Origin: an uncultured SAR86 cluster bacterium
GTDB lineage: Bacteria > Pseudomonadota > Gammaproteobacteria > Magnimaribacterales > D2472
Assembly (NCBI GenBank): GCA_902583575.1
Contig: CACHWY010000003.1
Span: 22,962 to 86,961, forward strand
Direction: 5' to 3'
DNA length: 64,000 bases
Shown: positions 1 to 9,251 of the stretch, piece after piece
Numbering within the stretch: the stretch's first letter is position 1
Layout of the letters: each line of letters begins with the position of its first letter
Translations under genes and position numbers: made by a program
Notes under the pieces: generated by a model
Seen by the model: only the letters and a program-made list of their open reading frames with translations
Database searches by the model: none
Told to the model about the DNA's origin: nothing

Positions 1-1104
1 TATGCATTAGCTAGAAAAGAAAGAAGCACTGGACCAGGACACACAGCCTTTAATTTTAGTTATAGTCCGAATGTCACTCTTGAAGAAGATTTGAGCAGAA
101 GAGACATTACAATTAATGCAATTGCTATGGATGATTCAGGAAATCTAATTGATCCTTTTAATGGCAAAGATGACTTAGATAATAAAATTATAAGGCATGT
201 TTCTGATGCTTTTATTGAAGACCCTCTAAGAGTTCTTAGAGTTGCAAGATTTTATGCAAAGCTAAGCGACTTTAAATTTGGTGTTTATGGAGAAACATAT
301 AAACTTTGTAAAAACTTAATAAATAGTCTTAAGCATTTACCAGGGGAGAGAATTTGGCAAGAAACTGAAAAGGCTTTAGAACTTAAAAATGGATTTGATT
401 ACTTTCACATACTTAATAATTTCTGGAGAGATAGTTCTGGCAAATCATGGAGTGATTTTGTATTAAATAAACAACAAAGTGGAGTGACACATCTCTGGGA
501 TTTTTACCCAAAAAAATATTATTATGATTTCTTGCAAAGGTTGACCGGAGAAGATAATAAAATCCGTTCTGCTGCCTATGTTGCATCTAATGCTGCTGGT
601 AAATACGGATGGAGTGATTCAATTGAAATTACTCCTGAGATTTTATGGTTTATAGTTTGTGATATCTTGAAATATGACTCTGATATTAAATACATAAATG
701 AAAGGCTTAAAGTCCCTAAAAAATTTAAAAAAACTCATTCTGATATTAGAAAATTTTGCATGTTGATGAGGGATAATAGCTCCCCACCTCGAATAAATCC
801 TGAGGAATTGTATGATGCTATAGAAAAAATTGGAGATAAAAATAATTACATCGATACATATAATAAATTTAGGATTGCATTAAGGGTTTATGCAGAATAT
901 CCAATTCTTCATAGGAATTATAATGATATTAAATATACAGAAAACGAACCTTCGGAGTTAGAAAATTTCTTTATAGACTACTATAAGATTACAATTGATA
1001 AAGATGACAATTCTCTTAAAGGTGAAGAGATAAAAGAAAAAATTAAAATGAAAAAAATTGAACTTATTGAGCAATATTATAGAAAAGTGAGTGGTTGGTT
1101 ATAG
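1..1104 (+). CDS. cca: CCA-adding tRNA nucleotidyltransferase, 5' end cut by the window edge
   Basis: Frame 1 is open from nt 1 (YALARKERSTGPGHTAFNF...) and is in frame with the track ORF 91-1104. Motifs RRDITINA and DPLRVLRVARFYAKL are typical of the poly(A) polymerase/CCA enzyme head and neck. Confidence 0.85.
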   Translation, partial: YALARKERSTGPGHTAFNFSYSPNVTLEEDLSRRDITINAIAMDDSGNLIDPFNGKDDLDNKIIRHVSDAFIEDPLRVLRVARFYAKLSDFKFGVYGETYKLCKNLINSLKHLPGERIWQETEKALELKNGFDYFHILNNFWRDSSGKSWSDFVLNKQQSGVTHLWDFYPKKYYYDFLQRLTGEDNKIRSAAYVASNAAGKYGWSDSIEITPEILWFIVCDILKYDSDIKYINERLKVPKKFKKTHSDIRKFCMLMRDNSSPPRINPEELYDAIEKIGDKNNYIDTYNKFRIALRVYAEYPILHRNYNDIKYTENEPSELENFFIDYYKITIDKDDNSLKGEEIKEKIKMKKIELIEQYYRKVSGWL

Positions 1105-1116
1105 ACGGCATAATTT

Positions 1117-1839
1117 ATGAAAACTATCTTTGTAACAGGCGGAGCTAAAAGAATAGGTAAAGCAATTGTTGAGCTTTTTGCTTCTGATGGTTGGAATGTA
1201 ATCATTCATTACAATAATTCTAAAGCTGATGCTGAAGCATTGGCAGATTCAATCAATTTAAAAAATGCAGATACCGCATTTATTGTGCAAGGTGATCTAG
1301 ATAAAGCTAATGAAGTTGATAATATAATTTCAAAAGTAGATGGTTTCACTGAGACTATCGACCTTTTAATAAATAATGCGTCCACCTTTTACCCTACTCC
1401 CATTGATGATATTTCTGAAGATCATTGGGAAAAATTAATTGGAAGTAATTTAAAAGGTCCACTTTTTTTAATTCAGGGTTTAAAAGAAAAATTGAAAGCT
1501 TCTAATGGGTCGATTATTAATATCACTGACACTAATTTAACAAAGGGAGTTGCTAATTACTCCATTTATTCTGCCGCCAAGGCAGGACTAGAGGCAATTA
1601 CAAAAGGATTGGCAAGAGAGTTAGCGCCTGAAATTAAGGTTAATGCAATTGCTCCAGGTGCAATGCTTGAGCCACCTGATGTAACTTGGACCGAAGATCA
1701 AAAAAATAAAATAATTGAAAGCATACCTCTAAATAGAATGGGTTCGGAACAAGATATTGCAGAAGCTGTAAAATTTCTTGCCCACTCTGAATATATTACT
1801 GGTCAAGTAATTAAAGTAGATGGAGGAAGGTCTTTATAA
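1117..1839 (+). CDS. Short-chain dehydrogenase/reductase, pteridine (FolM/PTR1-like) reductase candidate
   Basis: N-terminal VTGGAKRIGKAI Rossmann motif, NNAS, and the YSAAK catalytic Tyr-x3-Lys. Size is 240 aa. It lies in a folate/pterin gene neighbourhood. Confidence 0.7.
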   Translation: MKTIFVTGGAKRIGKAIVELFASDGWNVIIHYNNSKADAEALADSINLKNADTAFIVQGDLDKANEVDNIISKVDGFTETIDLLINNASTFYPTPIDDISEDHWEKLIGSNLKGPLFLIQGLKEKLKASNGSIINITDTNLTKGVANYSIYSAAKAGLEAITKGLARELAPEIKVNAIAPGAMLEPPDVTWTEDQKNKIIESIPLNRMGSEQDIAEAVKFLAHSEYITGQVIKVDGGRSL

Positions 1840-2894
1840 TGGAGCCGCTTGATGATGCAAAGTTCTCTGGCACAAAAGAAGTTGCTGAACATTTAACAAT
1901 TGAAGCAGCAAAATTGCAGCCATGGATTGATGAATTCGTCCCAGAGGCTGGAAAGATTAAGTCTATTGAGCAGTTCAAGGGTGGCCAATCTAATCCAACA
2001 TATAAAATTACCACCGACTCAAAAAGTCTTGTTTTAAGACGAAAACCTCCTGGGAAATTATTACCATCCGCACATGCTGTAGATAGAGAATATAAGGTCA
2101 TAACTGCGTTATATCAGACTGATGTTCCAGTTCCAAAAACCTATGGTCTTTGCGAAGATGATGATGTTGCTGGGACAGCATTTTTTGTTATGGACTTTCT
2201 TGATGGAGATCTTTTTTGGGATCCTATGATCCCATCAGTGACCAATAAAGATAGAACTGAAATATATAAAAATAAAAATAAAACTTTAGCTAAACTCCAT
2301 AGCGTTGATTACAAAAAAATAGGATTAGAGGACTATGGTAAGCCTGGAAATTATGTGGCTAGACAAGTTTCAAGATGGTCAAAACAATATAGAGCATCTG
2401 AAACTGATGATATTGAAGCTATGAATAATTTAATTGAATGGCTTCCTAAAAATATTCCTGATGATGATGAGACATCAATTGTGCATGGAGATTATCGATT
2501 AGATAATATGATATTAAAAGATAATCAGGTTATAGGTATCTTGGATTGGGAGCTTTCTACATTAGGTCACCCAATTGCAGACTTTAGTTACCATTGTCTT
2601 TCATGGAGAAATCAAGAAGCATTTTGGGATCAAGCTAAATTAAAGGAACTCGGAGTACCCACCGAGAAAGAATATATGGAAATGTATTCTGATAACACCG
2701 GCAAAGATCTCTCAAAAAATTGGGAATTCTATATGGCTTTTAATATGTTCAAGATTGCAGGAATATTACAAGGAATTCTTGGAAGAGTTAGAGATGGCAC
2801 TGCCGCAAGCAAGCATGCGGAAGATCGAGGAAAGATGGTCTATCCTCTGTCACAAGCAGCATGGTCTATAATTGAAGAAAATTTTTTAAAGTAA
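1839..2894 (+). CDS. Phosphotransferase (APH/choline-kinase fold), ACAD10/11-type kinase-domain family
   Basis: FKGGQSNPTYKI nucleotide-loop motif, the HGDYRLDNMIL catalytic loop and ILDWELS. The start overlaps the upstream stop (TAATG). Confidence 0.75.
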   Translation: MEPLDDAKFSGTKEVAEHLTIEAAKLQPWIDEFVPEAGKIKSIEQFKGGQSNPTYKITTDSKSLVLRRKPPGKLLPSAHAVDREYKVITALYQTDVPVPKTYGLCEDDDVAGTAFFVMDFLDGDLFWDPMIPSVTNKDRTEIYKNKNKTLAKLHSVDYKKIGLEDYGKPGNYVARQVSRWSKQYRASETDDIEAMNNLIEWLPKNIPDDDETSIVHGDYRLDNMILKDNQVIGILDWELSTLGHPIADFSYHCLSWRNQEAFWDQAKLKELGVPTEKEYMEMYSDNTGKDLSKNWEFYMAFNMFKIAGILQGILGRVRDGTAASKHAEDRGKMVYPLSQAAWSIIEENFLK

Positions 2895-3503
2895 CTACTT
2901 TTTAATAAAAAATAATACTATTCCAGAAATCGAAGTCATTAAAGCTAATATAGAAAGTATTTTTAAAAGAAGGTTGTTTATATTGTCCCTATCTTGATAA
3001 TCCATTATATGCAAAGCCCAGAAAAGATCCCATAACCGCCAAGAATCTGACCTAATAGCACTTATATCACCAGTTAAAGGATTTATATAAATATTAATAT
3101 TATCTTCTGTATCTGTCTGAACTTTAAATATTGGTAAATCTCTTCCTCTAAATTCTGCACCTTTATATGTTTCATTAATCAAGATTCCATCTATTGGATT
3201 TAAAGAAGTTTTTTTACTTGCAATTAATAAGGCCTCATCTTTAGTTAAAGGCTCGACCTTGGCACCATCAGGATATGTCTTATAAGTTTTATTACCATTA
3301 TCATTTTTTTCAATTATTGAAACACCTAATCTATCAAAAATTCTATATTCAACATCAACTGGTAAACGATATTGCTCTCCTCTGACGAGCTCAATCTTAT
3401 TATAGGCAAAGTAAATACCTGATATTGTCCATAATAATAATTGTATCGATACAAATATACTTAAATACCTATGGAAAGTTCTTATAAATTTTTTTGTTTT
3501 CAT
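2895..3503 (-). CDS. PepSY-associated TM-helix membrane protein
   Basis: N- and C-terminal TM helices flank a soluble region. The N-terminal FHRYLSIF and the C-terminal WALHIMDY motif fit PepSY_TM/PiuB-like proteins. It is the last gene of the overlapping tsaD-folB-folK string. Confidence 0.6.
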   Translation of the reverse strand: MKTKKFIRTFHRYLSIFVSIQLLLWTISGIYFAYNKIELVRGEQYRLPVDVEYRIFDRLGVSIIEKNDNGNKTYKTYPDGAKVEPLTKDEALLIASKKTSLNPIDGILINETYKGAEFRGRDLPIFKVQTDTEDNINIYINPLTGDISAIRSDSWRLWDLFWALHIMDYQDRDNINNLLLKILSILALMTSISGIVLFFIKK

Positions 3504-3880
3504 TAAATTAATTCTTTTAAAGGATCGGATACAAAATTATATTTTTGAATTTCATCGCTTTCAAATACAATTTCTTCATTTTCATCAATTTGTAAAATTA
3601 TATCGATATCTAAAGTTCTTGAGCTAAATTTAGGGGCATCCCTATCTCTTCCTGTAGCATCTTCTATTGACTTAAGTTTATTGTTAATTTCTTCAAAGGA
3701 ATCGTTAGACTCACCACTAATAACTAAGTTTGAAAAATCATCTCCTTCAAAACCCTCAGCTTTAGTTGTATGGATTGAAGATAATATTATATTGGTAAGA
3801 ATTTTTTTTAATTCCTTTTGGGCAAAATCTAAATTTATTTCAGCATTGATGTTGCTTCCAAGTGACAAGAAGTATTTCAT
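3503..3880 (-). CDS. folK: 6-hydroxymethyl-dihydropterin pyrophosphokinase-like protein (short, divergent)
   Basis: LSLGSNI N-terminal motif, GRDRD and the SRTLDIDI Mg-binding Asp pair. The start overlaps the folB stop. It is only 125 aa, and the third catalytic loop (PHY...R in E. coli HPPK, from memory) is not conserved. Confidence 0.6.
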   Translation of the reverse strand: MKYFLSLGSNINAEINLDFAQKELKKILTNIILSSIHTTKAEGFEGDDFSNLVISGESNDSFEEINNKLKSIEDATGRDRDAPKFSSRTLDIDIILQIDENEEIVFESDEIQKYNFVSDPLKELI

Positions 3881-4227
3881 TATCTATGAATGATTAAACC
3901 CACATCTTTGGCACCACGCAGTGCACCTGGTTTTGAAAGCCTCAACTTAACTGATTCAACATTGAATTCATCTTTAACAAGAGATGCTATCCCTTCAGCC
4001 AAAGACTCTTGAAGTTTAAATGAAGATTCTTCAACAAACTTTATAATAGCCTTACATATAGTTTTGTAATCAATAGTGTCCTCTATAGAATCTGTTGCTG
4101 CAGCGCTCTTGCAATCAAAAGGAAATTCAATATCTATACTCACTTCTTGTTTGGTCTTTCGTTCCCAATCAAATATTCCTATGATTGTTTTCACTCTTAA
4201 ATCTTTTATATAAATAATATCTTTCAT
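3880..4227 (-). CDS. folB: Dihydroneopterin aldolase
   Basis: IYIKDLRVKTIIGIFDWERKTKQEVSIDIEF matches the FolB N-terminal signature. Size is 115 aa. Confidence 0.85.
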   Translation of the reverse strand: MKDIIYIKDLRVKTIIGIFDWERKTKQEVSIDIEFPFDCKSAAATDSIEDTIDYKTICKAIIKFVEESSFKLQESLAEGIASLVKDEFNVESVKLRLSKPGALRGAKDVGLIIHR

Positions 4228-5228
4228 TCTTTTAACTCATTCAATGGCCATCTTGCTCTAACTTTTGATTTAATAATTTGTTCTTTAGGCGCTATCATCA
4301 TCGAGCCCACAAAAGCAATCATAGCTGCATTATCTCCACAATATTTTAAATCAGGATAATAAACTTTTATATCAAGTGAATCTTCAAGTTTCTTAAATTC
4401 ATTTCTTATAAATTTATTTGCAGCAACTCCTCCAGCTATAATCACATCTTTTCTATTTGTTTCTTCAACAGCTTTTTTTATTTTAACAACTAAAAGATCT
4501 GTAACTGCTTTTTGAAATGATGCTGCAATATCTGCTTTTTTAGATTGATCTAAGTCTTTAATCTTTTGTACAGTATATAAAACTGCAGTTTTTAATCCAC
4601 TCAAGCTGATATCAAGATTATCGCTATGAATCATAGGCCTTGGAAAATCATAGGCATTTGGATTCCCTTCTAAAGCTAATTTTTCTATATGCGGACCTCC
4701 TGGATAAGGAAGATCAAGTAATTTTGCTACCTTATCAAAAGCCTCTCCAACTGCATCATCTTGTGACTGCCCAATGATTTCATAGTTACCCTTCTCTTTT
4801 ACATCTACTATCATGCTGTGGCCACCAGAAACTAGTAAGCATATAAATGGCATTTTAATTTCTGGAAATTCCATCATAGGAGACATTAAATGTCCCTCGA
4901 GATGATTGATTGATATTAAAGGTATATCCAATGCAGTAGATAAGCCTTGTGCAAAACTTTCTCCTATTAATAAAGCTCCTAACAATCCAGGACCCGAGGT
5001 ATAAGCTACTTGATCTATGCCATCAATAGAATTATTTCCTAGGGCATCTTTTAAAACATTAACAATCTTTAAGCAATGATCTCTGGAGGCTAATTCTGGT
5101 ACTACTCCACCATATTCAGCATGCACTTCCATTTGACTATGTATAGATTCGCCTATGATTCCATCTTTAGAATCATAAATTGCTATCGCTGTCTCATCGC
5201 ACGAAGTTTCTATACCTAAAGTTTTCAT
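4224..5228 (-). CDS. tsaD: tRNA N6-adenosine threonylcarbamoyltransferase
   Basis: GIETSCDETA start, the HLEGH metal motif and SGGHS. It is 334 aa and divergent from rpsU, as in E. coli and Pseudomonas. Confidence 0.93.
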   Translation of the reverse strand: MKTLGIETSCDETAIAIYDSKDGIIGESIHSQMEVHAEYGGVVPELASRDHCLKIVNVLKDALGNNSIDGIDQVAYTSGPGLLGALLIGESFAQGLSTALDIPLISINHLEGHLMSPMMEFPEIKMPFICLLVSGGHSMIVDVKEKGNYEIIGQSQDDAVGEAFDKVAKLLDLPYPGGPHIEKLALEGNPNAYDFPRPMIHSDNLDISLSGLKTAVLYTVQKIKDLDQSKKADIAASFQKAVTDLLVVKIKKAVEETNRKDVIIAGGVAANKFIRNEFKKLEDSLDIKVYYPDLKYCGDNAAMIAFVGSMMIAPKEQIIKSKVRARWPLNELKE

Positions 5229-5236
5229 AAAAAGTT

Positions 5237-5265
5237 TTGCAAAAATGTTAATAAAAGCCTAAACT
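5237..5265 (+). promoter_or_regulatory. Candidate sigma70 promoter for rpsU
   Basis: TTGCAA (5237-5242), a 17-nt spacer, then TAAACT (5260-5265), about 12 nt upstream of the rpsU ATG. Confidence 0.35.
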
Positions 5266-5277
5266 ACGCGACACATT

Positions 5278-5493
5278 ATGCCTTCAATTATTATAAAAGA
5301 TACAGAACATTTTGATATTGGTTTGAGAAAATTCAAACGTGCATGCGAAAAAGCTGCAATAGTTCCAGAAATTAGAGCTAGGGAATTCTATGAAAAGCCA
5401 ACTGAAAAAAGGAAACGCCTAATGGCAGCAGCTGTCAAAAGAGCTAAGAAATCTAATAGAAAAATCTTTTTTCCAAGACAGCGATCTAGATAG
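5278..5493 (+). CDS. rpsU: 30S ribosomal protein S21
   Basis: MPSIIIKD...[32 protein letters not shown] is the S21 sequence pattern. Size is 71 aa. Confidence 0.95.
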   Translation: MPSIIIKDTEHFDIGLRKFKRACEKAAIVPEIRAREFYEKPTEKRKRLMAAAVKRAKKSNRKIFFPRQRSR

Positions 5494-5495
5494 TT

Positions 5496-5939
5496 TTGGC
5501 ACTATTATCTGATATCAAAAGCGATCTCAAACAAGCAATGCTTGATAAAAATGATTTAGTTAGAGACACCATACGAATGTTTTTAGCTGAAGTTCAGCGA
5601 TTTGAAATAGACAATAAAGAAGAAGTAGATGATGCAAAAGCTTTGCAAATTATTAATAAAATGATTAAGCAGAGAAAAGATTCAATCTCACAATTTAAAA
5701 GTGGTGGTCGAGAGGATCTAGCAGATAAAGAACAAGAAGAAGTAAATATTCTTTCTAAATATAAACCTGAACAATTAAGTGAAGAAGAGGTAACCACAAA
5801 AGTTAAAGATGCTATTCAAGATTCTGGAGCAAATTCTATGCAAGATATTGGCAAGGTAATGGGTGTTTTAAAATCTTCATTAGCAGGATCTGCTGATATG
5901 GGAATGGTTAGTAAAATTGTAAAGGATGAGCTTTCTTAA
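5496..5939 (+). CDS. GatB/YqeY domain protein
   Basis: TTG start. IKSDLKQAMLDKNDLVRDTIRMFLAEVQ and the C-terminal GKVMGVLK motifs match the YqeY family. Size is 147 aa. Confidence 0.8.
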   Translation: MALLSDIKSDLKQAMLDKNDLVRDTIRMFLAEVQRFEIDNKEEVDDAKALQIINKMIKQRKDSISQFKSGGREDLADKEQEEVNILSKYKPEQLSEEEVTTKVKDAIQDSGANSMQDIGKVMGVLKSSLAGSADMGMVSKIVKDELS

Positions 5940-5957
5940 AAAATAGCTTTAAAAAGC

Positions 5958-6662
5958 ATGAGTAGAAATCAAGATCGAAGCCATAATCAATTAAGAGAAG
6001 TTACAATTGAGCCTAATGTAAATATTCATTCAGAGGGTTCTGTCCTAGTCTCATTTGGAAATACAAAAGTAATCTGTAATGCTTCAATTGAAAATAATGT
6101 ACCACGTTGGATGAAAAATTCTGATGAGGGATGGGTGACAGGCGAATATGGTATGTTACCTAGGTCTACAAATGAAAGAATGAGTCGTGAAGCTGCAAGA
6201 GGAAAGCAAAGCGGTAGAACGCTTGAAATACAAAGATTAATCGGGAGATCTTTACGTCAAGCTGTAAATCTTAAATACCTTAAAGGTAAAACTATTAATG
6301 TGGATTGTGATGTTATTCAAGCAGATGGTGGAACAAGAACAGCCTCTATTACAGGCGGTTGTGTAGCTCTTTTTCTTGCGATTATGAATCATCATGATGA
6401 TCAAAGAGCTATTAATTCATTTATTGCAGCTGTATCACTTGGAATTAAGGATAATAAAATATTACTAGATTTAGATTATGAAGAAGATAGCACTGCTGAT
6501 ACCGATCTTAATATTGTTATGAATGAAGAACTTGATTTAATAGAGGTTCAAGGCACTGCAGAAGATAGTCCTTTTTCAAAAAATGAACTTAATGATATGC
6601 TTGAAATGGGTAGCTCAGCAATTGCTGAAATTATTAAAAAACAAAAAGCTTGTATTGAATAA
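5958..6662 (+). CDS. rph: Ribonuclease PH
   Basis: [44 protein letters not shown] and [18 protein letters not shown]. pyrE follows immediately, as in the rph-pyrE operon. Confidence 0.95.
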   Translation: MSRNQDRSHNQLREVTIEPNVNIHSEGSVLVSFGNTKVICNASIENNVPRWMKNSDEGWVTGEYGMLPRSTNERMSREAARGKQSGRTLEIQRLIGRSLRQAVNLKYLKGKTINVDCDVIQADGGTRTASITGGCVALFLAIMNHHDDQRAINSFIAAVSLGIKDNKILLDLDYEEDSTADTDLNIVMNEELDLIEVQGTAEDSPFSKNELNDMLEMGSSAIAEIIKKQKACIE

Positions 6663-7301
6663 GTGAAAGATTATCAAAAATCATTCTTAAATTTAGCAAT
6701 AGAATCAAAATCACTTCAATTTGGTGAATTTACTCTTAAGTCTGGAAGAGAAAGTCCATACTTCTTTAATGCAGCCAATATGCTAGGCGGATGTAATTTA
6801 TATGAATTAGCTAAATGTTATGTCGATGCAATAAATTATAAAGAATTAAATTTTGATTGTATTTATGGTCCTGCATATAAAGGTATATTTCTTGGTTCAA
6901 TCGTCACAACTTTGTTTAGCAAGGAAGGTAAAGAATACCCATTGTCCTTTAATAGAAAAGAAGAAAAAAATCATGGCGAGGGTGGAAATATTATTGGCAA
7001 AAACCCACATGGCAATGTATTAATTATTGATGATGTTCTGTCAGCTGGGACAGCAGGCAGAGAATCTATTGAAGCTATATTAAAGCTTTCAGCAACTCCC
7101 TCCTCTTTTATAGTTGGTTTAGATAGACAAGAGAGGGGTTTGTCTGATATTTCTGCTAGCAAAGAATTAGAAAAAGACTTTAATATAAAAGTTGAATCTA
7201 TAGTTAATTTAGACTCATTAATAGATTTCGTTAAAGAGAATGGGGTATATACGGATCATCTTGATAGATTAAATGAGTATAGAGAAAACTGGGGAGCGTA
7301 A
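6663..7301 (+). CDS. pyrE: Orotate phosphoribosyltransferase
   Basis: GTG start. FGEFTLKSGRESPYFFN and the VLIIDDVLSAGTA PRPP-binding motif. Confidence 0.93.
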   Translation: MKDYQKSFLNLAIESKSLQFGEFTLKSGRESPYFFNAANMLGGCNLYELAKCYVDAINYKELNFDCIYGPAYKGIFLGSIVTTLFSKEGKEYPLSFNRKEEKNHGEGGNIIGKNPHGNVLIIDDVLSAGTAGRESIEAILKLSATPSSFIVGLDRQERGLSDISASKELEKDFNIKVESIVNLDSLIDFVKENGVYTDHLDRLNEYRENWGA

Positions 7302-7913
7302 ATGTTTTCTGGAATTGTTCAGGGCAAGGGTAAGGTTTTAAAAATAAGAACAAAAAAAGATCATCTTTCTTATGAAATATCTTTTCCAAAAGGCTTTAAT
7401 AAAAACCTAAAAAAAGGTGCTAGTATCTCAGTAAATGGGGTATGTCTAACCTCATTAGACGATGGTAAAAAAAATCTTAATTTTGATATTATTGATGAAA
7501 CTCTTTCAAGAACAAATCTAGGGTCCTTGAAAGAAGGTTCGGTTGTAAATTTAGAAAGATCCATAAGCGCTTCTTCAGAAATTGGTGGTCATCTAATTTC
7601 TGGTCATATTCATTTCACAGGTAAATTAAAATCAATCCTAGACAAGGAAAGTACTAAAGATGTAGCTATTTATTTTCCAAATAATTTTAAAAAATATATT
7701 TTTGAAAAAGGTTACATAGGCATTAATGGATGCAGTCTAACTATAGGTAAAGTATCAAAAAATTATTTTTTAATCCATTTAATACCTGAAACGCTTGCAG
7801 TAACGAATTTAAGTGATTTGATTTCGGAATCTCTAGTTAATGTAGAGATCGATCAAAATACTATAGCAATTGTTGAGACTGTAGAAAAAACTCTAGCTGC
7901 TCAAAAATCTTGA
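7302..7913 (+). CDS. ribE: Riboflavin synthase
   Basis: MFSGIVQGKGKV start, the duplicated lumazine-binding repeats (SVNGVCLT and GINGCSLT), 203 aa. Confidence 0.92.
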   Translation: MFSGIVQGKGKVLKIRTKKDHLSYEISFPKGFNKNLKKGASISVNGVCLTSLDDGKKNLNFDIIDETLSRTNLGSLKEGSVVNLERSISASSEIGGHLISGHIHFTGKLKSILDKESTKDVAIYFPNNFKKYIFEKGYIGINGCSLTIGKVSKNYFLIHLIPETLAVTNLSDLISESLVNVEIDQNTIAIVETVEKTLAAQKS

Positions 7914-8798
7914 TAAAACTGCCATCCTTATAGCAACCCCATTTGCTATTTGCTGCCTAATGACTGAATTTTCAGAATCATATACAGCTTCAGTAATTTC
8001 AACATAATTAACTGGACCTGGGTGCATAATGATTGCGTCTGCTTTAGCACAACCAAGCTTTGAAGTTGAGAGTTGATAAGAGTTCTTATAGGTTTCCAAG
8101 TCTAGATCAAGATCCTTTTCAAATCTCTCATATTGAATTCTAAGTGTCATAACAACATCTGCGTCTTGAAGTGCTTTTTCAAAATCTGGTTCATATTTAC
8201 CAAGTTCTGGATTTTGATACTTTGAACACATTTCAGGGTGGCCGCTAAAAATCAAAGAATCAACATCAAAATTTGAAATACCTTCTACAAAAGATGATGT
8301 AACCCTTGAATGGTCAAGATCACCCACTATTACAATTTTTAATCCATCTAATGAATTTTTATGATCAATAATGGTTTTAATATCTAAAAGAGCTTGAGTT
8401 GGATGTGATATGGCGCCCTCACCTGCATTTATAAAAACCATCTTTGGTAGAGATTCTGCTAATTCTCTTATAACAGACTTTGGATGACGTAATACACAAA
8501 GATCAACGCCCATTAAATTCAAAGCATCTACAGTTTCAAAAATAGACTCGCCTTTTTGGACTGAAGAGTTATCAATATTAAAATCAACTACAGAACAACC
8601 TAAATTTCCTGCAGCTATTGCAAAAGAAGACTTTGTTCTTGTGCTTGGTTCGCAAAAAACATTTGCGACTATTTTCTCCGGAAATAAATTTTCTTTTCTA
8701 AAATTACCTTCATCATCTATAAAATTATTTGAGAACTTAATAAGATCTAATATTTCTTCTTTAGTTAAATCTTTTATGGATAATAGGTTTTTAGCCAT
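7893..8798 (-). CDS. pyrB: Aspartate carbamoyltransferase catalytic subunit
   Basis: EPSTRTKSSF carbamoyl-phosphate motif, HPTQALLD and HPGP, 301 aa. The 3' end overlaps the ribE 3' end by 21 nt (convergent). Confidence 0.92.
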   Translation of the reverse strand: MAKNLLSIKDLTKEEILDLIKFSNNFIDDEGNFRKENLFPEKIVANVFCEPSTRTKSSFAIAAGNLGCSVVDFNIDNSSVQKGESIFETVDALNLMGVDLCVLRHPKSVIRELAESLPKMVFINAGEGAISHPTQALLDIKTIIDHKNSLDGLKIVIVGDLDHSRVTSSFVEGISNFDVDSLIFSGHPEMCSKYQNPELGKYEPDFEKALQDADVVMTLRIQYERFEKDLDLDLETYKNSYQLSTSKLGCAKADAIIMHPGPVNYVEITEAVYDSENSVIRQQIANGVAIRMAVLSRFLSS

Positions 8799-9177
8799 CG
8801 GTTGTTACTATTGCCTCAATTTCTACATCAACCCCAAGCGGTAAACCAGAAACTTCGATGGTTGCTCTGGCAGGATAAGGTTCAGAAAAATATTTTTTCA
8901 TTACTTCATTTACTATCGAAAAATTACCCAAATCAGTTAGAAAAATTGAAAGTTTGACTATATCCCCTAAGTCACGATCAGCTGCCTCACAAATATTCTT
9001 AATATTTTCTATCACTTGATTTGCTTGATCTTCAATTGACCCAGAAACCACATCTCCTGTTTCTGGATTTATAGGAACTTGGCCTGATATAAATATTAAA
9101 TTTCCAGTCTTAACCGCTTGTGAATAAGGTCCTATAGCTTGCGGTGCTTTGTTTGTTGAGATTATTTCTTTTGACAT
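8791..9177 (-). CDS. ridA: RidA/YjgF family reactive-intermediate deaminase
   Basis: APQAIGPYSQAV, ISGQVPINPETG and ARATIEVSGLPLGVDVEIEAI, 128 aa. It follows spoT, as I recall for Pseudomonas. Confidence 0.9.
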   Translation of the reverse strand: MSKEIISTNKAPQAIGPYSQAVKTGNLIFISGQVPINPETGDVVSGSIEDQANQVIENIKNICEAADRDLGDIVKLSIFLTDLGNFSIVNEVMKKYFSEPYPARATIEVSGLPLGVDVEIEAIVTTDG

Positions 9178-9251
9178 CTTATTAAGCTCCTGTGAAAAAA
9201 ATAAAATTTGATATTAAAGAGATTGTACATAAAAAAAGTATTACTTTTTTA

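Noticed and set aside
9231-9250. The AAAAAAGTA-T-TACTTTTTT palindrome between spoT and ridA, considered as a terminator.
   Set aside because: The stem is essentially all A-T with a 1-nt centre and would be very unstable. spoT-ridA-pyrB otherwise look co-transcribed.
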